Origin: Vulcanimicrobiota bacterium | GTDB taxonomy: Bacteria > Vulcanimicrobiota > Vulcanimicrobiia > Vulcanimicrobiales > Vulcanimicrobiaceae | Direction: 5' to 3' | NCBI GenBank assembly: GCA_003133025.1 | Contig: PKZK01000145.1 | Coordinates: forward strand, 10,425-23,093 | DNA length: 12,669 nt | Part shown: piece after piece, positions 1 to 7,178 of the stretch | Layout of the letters: each line of letters opens with the position of its first letter | Numbering within the stretch: the stretch's first letter is position 1 | Made by a program: the position numbers and the translations under genes | Notes under the pieces: generated by a model | What the model was told of the DNA's origin: nothing | Databases searched by the model: none | What the model saw: the letters and a program-made list of their open reading frames with translations, nothing else

Positions 1-584
1 TAATTCAACGTCGCGCGCCGGTGCGAAGGATTGAGCGAAGCCAACCCGGGCGTATCCGCAACGACAAAACCGCGCGCCAGGAACGGCGAGGGCACGCCCA
101 CCGTCACAAACGAGGGCGCCGCATCATCGTCGGCCACGGCATCGTGCAAAGCCCCCGGCCCATCCCCGCCCACGGCCACGAACCGGGAAAGCCGATCCAG
201 CGGCACTCGCTCCAACCGCCCCGAAGGATAGCGGGCTACAGCCCCAGGCTCCGCCGCAAACTCCAGTTCGGTTATGGTAGCCGTAGAAGGATTGATATCC
301 ACAGCCAACAGCCCGGCAACGCGCCCACTCGGATCCAACCGGGACTGTCCCAAAAGCGCATTGAGCAAATACGACTTGCCGCTAGAAAACTCCCCAACCA
401 CGGCCAAAGTAAAGCGCCGCAACAACCGACCCCGAGCCACCCCCAACCGCTCGAGATCCGCCCCCCGAGCCGGCCACGCCCCCAATGTCGCGCCGTCCAA
501 AAAAGCGCAAAGCGCATCGAGAGCAGCCACCGTAGCCGCGGTAGAGTCGGGCTGATCGGTAACGCTCAGATCGGTTTCCGCCAT
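1..584 (-). CDS. Bacterial dynamin-like GTPase (Dynamin_N family), N-terminal 194 aa; runs off the left edge
   Basis: Hand translation from ATG 584 (in-frame TGA two codons upstream): MAETDLSVTDQ...RRFTLAVVGEFSSGKSYLLNALLG...LLAVDINPSTATITELEF...VGVPSPFLARGFVVADTPGLASLNPSHRRATLN. G1 GEFSSGKS, G2 P-S-T and G3 DTPG have dynamin-like spacing. No stop occurs before the window edge. Confidence 0.9.
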   Translation of the reverse strand, partial: MAETDLSVTDQPDSTAATVAALDALCAFLDGATLGAWPARGADLERLGVARGRLLRRFTLAVVGEFSSGKSYLLNALLGQSRLDPSGRVAGLLAVDINPSTATITELEFAAEPGAVARYPSGRLERVPLDRLSRFVAVGGDGPGALHDAVADDDAAPSFVTVGVPSPFLARGFVVADTPGLASLNPSHRRATLN

Positions 585-683
585 ATGTCAGCCACGCATC
601 GCGGACGTACGCAAGCGCCGGCACGTCGAACGGCAGGCGCCGAGATAATGCAGCGATGCGAAGCGAGCAAGATCAAGAGCAGA

Positions 684-3218
684 CTACGAGCGAATCAGGG
701 CTAAGGCCTCATCGCGGTTGTGCTCCATCAACTCGCGCGTATCGCCTTCGACGTTGAGCCGCAACAGCGGCTCGGTATTCGAAGGCCGCACGTTCATCCA
801 CCAGTTCGGGTGTTGAATGGTCACCCCGTCGAGGTGATCGATCTGCGCATCCCGGTACCGTTCTTCGAGTTGGCGCAACTTGCCCGGAATGTCGGCGACG
901 TGGCTATTGATCTCGCCCGAACGCGAGCGATGGTCGAGGGGAGCGATCACCTCGCTGACCGGCTTGCCGGCATCGCTGAACACTTCGAGGCACTGCAAGA
1001 GCGCGATCATGCCCGAGTCGGCAAACCAATTGTCGCGGAAGTAGAAATGCCCCGAGTGCTCGCCGCCGAACACGATGTCCTCGTCGCGCATGACCTTCTT
1101 GATGATCGAATGCCCGACTTGCGAACGCACCGCAATGCCGCCCGCGCGCTCGATCGCTTCGGGCGTGCTGCGGCTGCAGATGAGGTTGTAGAGGATCTTC
1201 GCGCCCGGGTTGCGTTTGAGCGTATTGATGCCCACGAGCGCGGTGACCAGATCGCCGCCCACCAAGCCGCCCTTTTCGTCGACGATGAACATGCGATCGG
1301 CATCGCCGTCGAAGGCGACGCCCAGGTCGCACTGGTTTTCGACGACGGCACGTTGCAGGTCGACCATGTTCTCGGGCTCGATCGGGCTCGCCGGATGATT
1401 CGGAAAGGTGCCGTCGAGTTCGAAGAAGAGCGGGACGACGCTGCACGGCAGATGCTTGAAAACGTGCGGAACGGTGAGGCCCGCCATGCCGTTGCCCGCG
1501 TCGATTGCGATCTTGAACGGCTTGATCGCCTTACGCTCCACGAAACTCAAGCAATGCTCGGCGAAGTCGTCGAGCACTTCCCAGCGCTCGAGTTTGCCCA
1601 GCTTCTCGCCGAGCGGCCCGAGGTTACCCTGCGCGAGCCGATCGCGTAAGGCGCCCAGCCCCGTATCGAGTGAGATCGCCTGAGCGCGATCGCGCGTGAA
1701 CTTCATGCCGTTGTAGTTGGCCGGGTTGTGCGAGGCCGTGATCATGATGCCGCCCGAGAAGCCATAGCGGCCGACCGCGAAGTACAGCGCGTCGGTCGAG
1801 ACCAAGCCGATGTCGGTCACGTCGGCGCCGGCTTCGGCCGCGCCGCGCGCGAGCGCTTCGAAGAGCCGCTCGCCCGAGGGACGCATATCGCGTCCGATGA
1901 CGATGCCCTCGGCGGAAAATTCCGAGACGAACGCGCGGCCGATGGCGTAGGCAGTCGTTTCATCGAGTTGACTCGGGAAGATGCCGCGGACGTCATAGCT
2001 CTTGAAGATCGCCGAGAGCGAGCCGGCGCTGACCGGTTCGGCGCGTACGTCGGGCGGAAGCGCCTCGCTCGAAACGTCTTCGGGCGGCGGCGTCGCGACG
2101 GGCTCCGCCGCGACGACCGCTGCGACGACGGCTTCCGGTTCCGCTGTACGTTCGGGCTCGATGACGGCCTCGACCACGTCGGCTTCGTCCGCTTCGTGGA
2201 CGACCGCGCCGTTCTCGCTGCTCTTCGTCGGCGCGATGCCTTCGGGCACGCCGTTGCGCGAGAGAAAATCGACGATCGCCGCTGCGGCAGCTTCGGGCTC
2301 TTCCTCGTGGGGCAACAGGCCCGAGTGTTTGAAGGTGACCAATTCCCCGTTCTTGGCCAAGCGCACGTACTCGTAAGCGCGCGCAAGCGCGTTGGTCTGC
2401 GAAGCGCGCTCTCCCCAAAGCACGAGCACGGGGGCTTCGACGAAGGGCAAGTCGTTGGCGACGTTGATGTTGAGGCCGCCGCCGACGAACTGTGCCGGCA
2501 CGAAGCGAGCACCCGCTTGATGAGTGACGGCGTAATAGTGATCGAGGATCTCGGGCGTAACCGAGGCGGGATCGGCATAGCTCTGATTGCGCAGAAACCA
2601 AGCCAGCGACGGCTTCGAGGCCAAGCCATTGAAGGCGCTCTCGCCCGCAATCGGCGAGCGGATCAACATCGAGACCGCGCGTTGCACGGGCGTCGGGTCG
2701 CGATCCAATACGCCGAGGCCTGTCGGACAGATCAGCACCAGGTCCTTCACGCGGTCGGGCGCGCGGGTCGCAGCCCGAATCGCGAAGGCGGCGCCGAGCG
2801 AACTGCCGAGCAGCGTCATGGGGCCGTCGGAGAACTCACCGATCGCATCCACGATCAGTTCCACGAACATTTCCGCCGAATAGTCCAGATCGGGTAGTTC
2901 CGATAGCCCACACCCGAGCAGGTCGAATGCCACCACGCGATTGGTCCGTGCGAGCGACGGTGCCAGCTTACGGAACTCGAATGAAGAAGCTCCGGCGTAA
3001 ATGCCATGCACCAACAGGATGGTCGGGCCGGCGCCCATCTCCGTCGCAAAGATGTTGTAACCGCGCCAATGCCAAGGCCGACGCACGCCGCCCACGTGAT
3101 CGAGCGGCAGCGCACTCGTGGTGCGCAGCCGCCGGTTGACCAGCGTTGCGGCGCCGGTCAATCCGGCAAGAGCGCCCAACGGCCGAAGAGCCTTCTTGAG
3201 AGTGTCCTTGGAACCCAC
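684..3218 (-). CDS. Fusion protein: N-terminal alpha/beta-hydrolase-fold domain + acidic Pro/Ala/Glu linker + phosphomannomutase/phosphoglucomutase (alpha-D-phosphohexomutase)
   Basis: 844-aa ORF with a GTG start. Hydrolase part (~2260-3218): LLVHGIYAG, FDLLGCGLS, GSSLG. Mutase part (~687-2009): IFKSYDVRG, phosphoserine loop TASHNP, metal loop FDGDADR, sugar loop GEHSGH, phosphate loop RPSNTEP. Confidence 0.92.
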   Translation of the reverse strand: MGSKDTLKKALRPLGALAGLTGAATLVNRRLRTTSALPLDHVGGVRRPWHWRGYNIFATEMGAGPTILLVHGIYAGASSFEFRKLAPSLARTNRVVAFDLLGCGLSELPDLDYSAEMFVELIVDAIGEFSDGPMTLLGSSLGAAFAIRAATRAPDRVKDLVLICPTGLGVLDRDPTPVQRAVSMLIRSPIAGESAFNGLASKPSLAWFLRNQSYADPASVTPEILDHYYAVTHQAGARFVPAQFVGGGLNINVANDLPFVEAPVLVLWGERASQTNALARAYEYVRLAKNGELVTFKHSGLLPHEEEPEAAAAAIVDFLSRNGVPEGIAPTKSSENGAVVHEADEADVVEAVIEPERTAEPEAVVAAVVAAEPVATPPPEDVSSEALPPDVRAEPVSAGSLSAIFKSYDVRGIFPSQLDETTAYAIGRAFVSEFSAEGIVIGRDMRPSGERLFEALARGAAEAGADVTDIGLVSTDALYFAVGRYGFSGGIMITASHNPANYNGMKFTRDRAQAISLDTGLGALRDRLAQGNLGPLGEKLGKLERWEVLDDFAEHCLSFVERKAIKPFKIAIDAGNGMAGLTVPHVFKHLPCSVVPLFFELDGTFPNHPASPIEPENMVDLQRAVVENQCDLGVAFDGDADRMFIVDEKGGLVGGDLVTALVGINTLKRNPGAKILYNLICSRSTPEAIERAGGIAVRSQVGHSIIKKVMRDEDIVFGGEHSGHFYFRDNWFADSGMIALLQCLEVFSDAGKPVSEVIAPLDHRSRSGEINSHVADIPGKLRQLEERYRDAQIDHLDGVTIQHPNWWMNVRPSNTEPLLRLNVEGDTRELMEHNRDEALALIRS

Positions 3219-3271
3219 GGATGGTTGTATTCCCGCAAAGCCGGACGAGTCCGTGCGGATTCCGGTGCCAG

Positions 3272-5437
3272 GTGACGCCTGAAGAGGCGCCTCCGGGCCA
3301 CGGCGCCCTGGCGCCGGGCGAGCCCATCGATGCCCTGCTCGTCGTCGACCTCCGGTCGGGCGCGCTCCTGTTCGCCGACGCGGCCGCGGTCGAGCTGTTC
3401 GAGCCGGGCGACGACGACGTGGCGCTCGCGCCCCGGCGGCTCTTGCCCCAACTCGTCGACCTGACGCCGCGCGAGTTCGTCACGCGCGTGCGGCGCGGTG
3501 CCGTCGAGGTCGAGGCCTCGGTTACGATCGAGGCGTTGCGTCCGGGCCCGTTCAGCACGGGCGAAGCCGTGCTCGTGCGAATTCGCGGCACCGAACGCCT
3601 GCCTCCGGTGACCGAGGACGAACGCGTCCGCCGCCGCGAGTCGCTGCTGAGCCTAATCGTGCGCCACGGCTTCGCCGGCGCGCAGCAGGTCCGGGCCCTC
3701 TTGCGCGAAGGCGTAACGGGCCTCGGCGCGGAGTCGGCGATCCTCGGTCGCATCGAGAATTCCGAGTTGCACGTCGTCTACGTTGCCGACGCTCCGGCCT
3801 TGGTGTCCGGCGATGCGTTTCCGCTCTCTCGCACCCCCGCATACGACGCGGTCGTGCGCGCAGGCACGTTCGCGGTGGCCGATTCAGCCGACGACGGGAG
3901 CGCGGGCGACGCCGCGATTGCGGCCCGTTCGTATCTCAGCATCGCGTTCCGCATAGGCTCCGAGCAATGGTGCGCGAGCTTCATCTCGACGCAGCCGCGC
4001 TCGGTGCCCTTCGACGCGGACGATTGGGACTACGCGGAGTTTCTGCGCGATGCGCTGGTCAACGCCATCCAGCGCGCCGAAAGTGAAGCGCAGCTCGAGT
4101 TCAAAGCCTACACCGACACGTTGACGGGCCTGCCCAACCGCGAAGCCGCCGAATTGCGACTCGAGGAGAGCCTGGCCGAAGCCCGGCGGCTCGACGTCGT
4201 CGCGGCGCTGCTCTTCGTCGACTTGGACGGCTTCAGCGACGTCAACACCGCGGCCAAACATGACGGCGGCGACGCCGTCTTGCGCGAGGTCGGCGAGCGG
4301 CTGCGCCACAGCTTACGGCGCGAGGAGTTCATCGGCCGCTGGGGCGGCGACGAGTTCGTCATCATCCTGTTACCGATCAATTCGCAGGCGCAGATCGAAT
4401 CGGTCGCGACCAGAATCGCCGACGTGCTCTCTAAACCGTTCGTGTACGGCGAGCTGAGTTTCGTCTTGGGTGCGAGCGTCGGCGTCGCGCTCTTTCCCGC
4501 CGACGCCGGCGACGCAGCGGGGCTGCGCAACGCCGCGGACGCCGCGATGTACCGGGCCAAGAATGACGGCGGAGCCCGCATCCATTTTCACGACGGACGG
4601 CGCGCAGGCGGACCGCACAACCAGCGGTCCGCATCGGAATCGGACTCGTTGCCCGAAACCGGCGCGGACGGCTTGCCCGATGCGCCGGTTCGGCGCGCGG
4701 AGCCGTCCGCCGAGGCGGGCTTTCTCGTGATGTACGATCCGATCCATTACGTCCGCGAAGGCGAAGTCTCCGCCGCCGAACTCGTCGTCCGGCGCATCGA
4801 TCCCGAACACGGCCTCCAGCCGCCGGGGGACTCGCTACCGGCCGACGGACCGGGATTGCGGGCGCTCGACCAGTGGACGCTACGCGAAGCGGTAGCCGAC
4901 GGAAACGCGCTCGCCGCGCAGGGCTTCGAAATCGCGCTGGACGTGCGCTTAGCCGCTGCCCACGCCGGAATCTTCGAAAATCTCTACCCGGCCGGCTTTA
5001 CGGCGGGCGATTGGCGGCGCATCCGCGTGGCGATCAGCGCGCGCGACGCGGCCGACCCCACGCCGGAATTCGCGCGCTTTCTCGAGGTCTGCGCGGCGTA
5101 CGATGTGGGCCTCGTGCTGGACGGATTCGACGGCTCGCTGGCCGAGCTCGAAGCGGTCGAACGGCTTGCCGTCTCTACCCTGCGGATTCGCTATGACGTC
5201 ATCGAACGCATCGCCGCTCGGCCGGGCGGCAGGGCCTCGCTCGAAGGAACGTTCGCGGGCGCGCGGGCGTTAGGTTGGCGGATGATAGCGAGCGGTGTCG
5301 AAAACGAGTCGCAACGAGATGACGTGGTAACGCTCGGCGTCGACGGAGTGCAGGGCCCTTACGTTGGACACGCGATGACGGCGGTCGATTTCGCCGCTTG
5401 GCTCAAAGCCCGCAGAGAGTCTCCTCCCGCACCGTGA
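3272..5437 (+). CDS. Diguanylate cyclase with PAS-like, GAF, GGDEF and degenerate EAL domains
   Basis: PAS-like DALLVVDLRSGALLFADAAAVELF; GAF-like RSYLSIAFRIG...PRSVPFDADD; GGDEF domain DTLTGLPNR, LFVDLDGF, RWGGDEF (GGDEF at 4343-4357), ADAAMYRAK; EAL-like YDPI...ELVVR...SGVE...VQG. GTG 3272 is preferred over ATG 3221, which would leave only 2 bp before the divergent gene; the start is uncertain. Confidence 0.88.
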   Translation: MTPEEAPPGHGALAPGEPIDALLVVDLRSGALLFADAAAVELFEPGDDDVALAPRRLLPQLVDLTPREFVTRVRRGAVEVEASVTIEALRPGPFSTGEAVLVRIRGTERLPPVTEDERVRRRESLLSLIVRHGFAGAQQVRALLREGVTGLGAESAILGRIENSELHVVYVADAPALVSGDAFPLSRTPAYDAVVRAGTFAVADSADDGSAGDAAIAARSYLSIAFRIGSEQWCASFISTQPRSVPFDADDWDYAEFLRDALVNAIQRAESEAQLEFKAYTDTLTGLPNREAAELRLEESLAEARRLDVVAALLFVDLDGFSDVNTAAKHDGGDAVLREVGERLRHSLRREEFIGRWGGDEFVIILLPINSQAQIESVATRIADVLSKPFVYGELSFVLGASVGVALFPADAGDAAGLRNAADAAMYRAKNDGGARIHFHDGRRAGGPHNQRSASESDSLPETGADGLPDAPVRRAEPSAEAGFLVMYDPIHYVREGEVSAAELVVRRIDPEHGLQPPGDSLPADGPGLRALDQWTLREAVADGNALAAQGFEIALDVRLAAAHAGIFENLYPAGFTAGDWRRIRVAISARDAADPTPEFARFLEVCAAYDVGLVLDGFDGSLAELEAVERLAVSTLRIRYDVIERIAARPGGRASLEGTFAGARALGWRMIASGVENESQRDDVVTLGVDGVQGPYVGHAMTAVDFAAWLKARRESPPAP

Positions 5438-5859
5438 AGCGCCGGTTCCTGGGCGCGGCGGCAGCGCTGTTCGTCATGTCCGCGTGCGTAACGGTCTGCG
5501 CCGCGAGTTGCGCGATCGGCACCGGCGGACGCGTGGTGCTCGCTTCGGATCAGGTGGATCCCGACGTGTTCCTGTGGGACACGCGCGACCGCTTGGTCGA
5601 TTTTGCGGCCGGCCATTGGAATAGCTCGCGCACGATTTCCGAACATACGTTCCTGGCCAAGCCCGGCACGCGCGCGGTCGTCATCGCCTGCACGCCTGCG
5701 TTCGCCCACCCGCACTATTCCGATGCGCAAGACGTCATCCACGTCAAGGTGGTGACGGGTCCGTTCCGCGGGAAGCAGGGTTGGGTGATGTCGTCGGATC
5801 TGCATCTCGATCCCGACGGCGGAAATCTCTCGAACCAAGCCGCGCATCGCAACCGCTAG
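5434..5859 (+). CDS. Secreted hypothetical protein (141 aa), possible SH3b-like fold
   Basis: GTG 5434 overlaps the upstream TGA (GTGA). MKRRFLGAAAALFVMSACVTVCAA looks like a signal peptide. C-terminal GTRAVV...VKVVTGPFRGKQGWVMSSDL resembles the SH3b GWV motif. Codon usage is typical for the window. Confidence 0.7.
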   Translation: MKRRFLGAAAALFVMSACVTVCAASCAIGTGGRVVLASDQVDPDVFLWDTRDRLVDFAAGHWNSSRTISEHTFLAKPGTRAVVIACTPAFAHPHYSDAQDVIHVKVVTGPFRGKQGWVMSSDLHLDPDGGNLSNQAAHRNR

Positions 5860-5860
5860 C

Positions 5861-5873
5861 AGCCCTACGGGCT
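5861..5873. terminator. Short hairpin between convergent genes, possible weak terminator
   Basis: AGCCC-TAC-GGGCT in the 29-bp gap between stops at 5859 and 5889. The stem is short and there is no U-tract. Confidence 0.2.
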
Positions 5874-5888
5874 CCCAGCCGCGGCGGG

Positions 5889-7178
5889 TTAGCACTCGTA
5901 CGTTAGCGCGTATTCCAACGGGTGCGGGCGGCCCCAAAATGCGGCGATCTCGTTCGCGCGCAACGCTTCGCTCCGCCGGCGCAGGAACGCATCGCCGAAC
6001 ACGCCGCCTTCGGTCAGATAGGCGCGGTCTTTCTCGAGCGCGTCGAGCGCTGCGCCGAGATGCGGCGCGAGGCCGCGGAACTGCGGCTTCGCCGGGCGCC
6101 GCGTCGCGCCGGTCTCGAGCGGGCCGAAGCCCGAACTGATCGGGTCGGTGCGCCGCGCGAGGCCGTCGAGGCCCGCGCACAGCAACGCCGCGAAGGCGAG
6201 ATACGGGTTTGCGCTGAGGTCCGCCGCCCGGAATTCGACGCGCGGTGTTTTCGCGTCGTCGCGCCCGGGTGCGTCGACCGTCACGGCCGTCGCCGCGTTG
6301 CCCCGGCCGAAGGCGAGCAGCAAAGGTACGTCGAGCGAGGCGAAGTGCGTGTACGAGTTCGCCGACGGCGCGCAGAGCGCGAGCAGCGAGTCGGCGTGCG
6401 CGAGCAGACCGCCGATGAAGAAGAGCATCGTCTGTGAAGCCGCGGCCCAGCCGTCTTTGTCGAAGAACGGCGACTTGCCGTCTTTGTTCGGGCTCATGCG
6501 CACGCGCAGCGCGCTTCCCGCGGAGCCGGCCAGCGGCTTCGGCATGAAGGTCGCGCTCTTGCCGTGCCGCGCGGCGACCGCCTTGACCGCTATCTTCGTA
6601 GCGAATACGGAATCGGCGGCCCGGGTGAGCGGCTTCGCGCGCAGTTCGAGCGCGGTCTGACCCGGCGCGCCCGCCACGGAGCGCTGTACTCCCGCCTCGA
6701 CGCCCGAAGCCTTGAGCGCGCCCAGGACCTCGGCGCGAATCGCTTCGAGTTCGCGCTCGGCGATTGCATCGAGTTGGTAGCCGGTCGCGTCGGGCGCGTT
6801 TTCGTACGCGACCTCGTCGAAGACGTAGTACCGCAGTTCGCTGCCGACGTGCAACGAATCGGCGAAGCCGCTCGCGGTCAGGCGCGCTTCGGCCCGCTTG
6901 GCCACGCGCCGCGGATCCTCGTCGGCCGCATCGAGCAGGTCGCAAACCAGCACGAGCGCCGGCGCGGCAGCGAACGGGTCGAGATGTGCGCTGTCGAGAT
7001 CGGGCACGAGCGTGGTGCCGGGCTCGAGCGCGATGCCCTCCAGGAGCGCTGCGGCATCGAGGCGCTCGGGGGGAATGCTCGCGTGCGCGGTGCCGTAGCG
7101 CAAGAGCACGGTCTGCACGCCGTGCTTTGCGATCGTGTCGAGGAGCTCGTTCGCCTTCTTGGCGGCGGCGTTACTCAA
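5889..7178 (-). CDS. Glutamine synthetase type I-like protein (429 aa), catalytically degenerate
   Basis: TTG 7178 overlaps the btuD TGA (TTGA) and gives MSNAAAKKANELL.... GS scaffold motifs: PD..A.LDPF, DPRRVAKRAE, ATFMPKPLAG, PSANSY, RVEFRAAD..ANPYLAFAALL.AGLDG, GGVF, PHPLEY. The ORF-track start at 7649 lies inside btuD and is rejected. Confidence 0.85.
   Translation of the reverse strand: MSNAAAKKANELLDTIAKHGVQTVLLRYGTAHASIPPERLDAAALLEGIALEPGTTLVPDLDSAHLDPFAAAPALVLVCDLLDAADEDPRRVAKRAEARLTASGFADSLHVGSELRYYVFDEVAYENAPDATGYQLDAIAERELEAIRAEVLGALKASGVEAGVQRSVAGAPGQTALELRAKPLTRAADSVFATKIAVKAVAARHGKSATFMPKPLAGSAGSALRVRMSPNKDGKSPFFDKDGWAAASQTMLFFIGGLLAHADSLLALCAPSANSYTHFASLDVPLLLAFGRGNAATAVTVDAPGRDDAKTPRVEFRAADLSANPYLAFAALLCAGLDGLARRTDPISSGFGPLETGATRRPAKPQFRGLAPHLGAALDALEKDRAYLTEGGVFGDAFLRRRSEALRANEIAAFWGRPHPLEYALTYEC

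Noticed and set aside
21..704. 227-aa plus-strand ORF and other small ORFs in 1-700
   Set aside because: Arg/Pro/Gln-rich with no motifs; antisense or off-frame shadows of the dynamin-like gene, which has clear GTPase motifs.
2010..2255. Low-complexity linker as a possible DNA repeat or separate element
   Set aside because: No true tandem DNA repeat unit; it reads as in-frame Ala/Glu/Val/Pro codons.
720..2897. Plus-strand ORFs 720-1649 and 1728-2897
   Set aside because: Antisense shadows of the PMM fusion, expected in high-GC DNA; no recognisable motifs.
5359..6945. 528-aa minus-strand ORF overlapping the GS-like gene
   Set aside because: Arg-rich alternative frame with no domain features; the GS motifs all lie in the other frame.
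5889..7178. Calling this gene a functional glnA, or a pseudogene
   Set aside because: Most metal and substrate ligands appear lost, so it is not a normal GlnA. The frame is intact, coupled to btuD and codon-typical, so there is no direct evidence of pseudogenisation.
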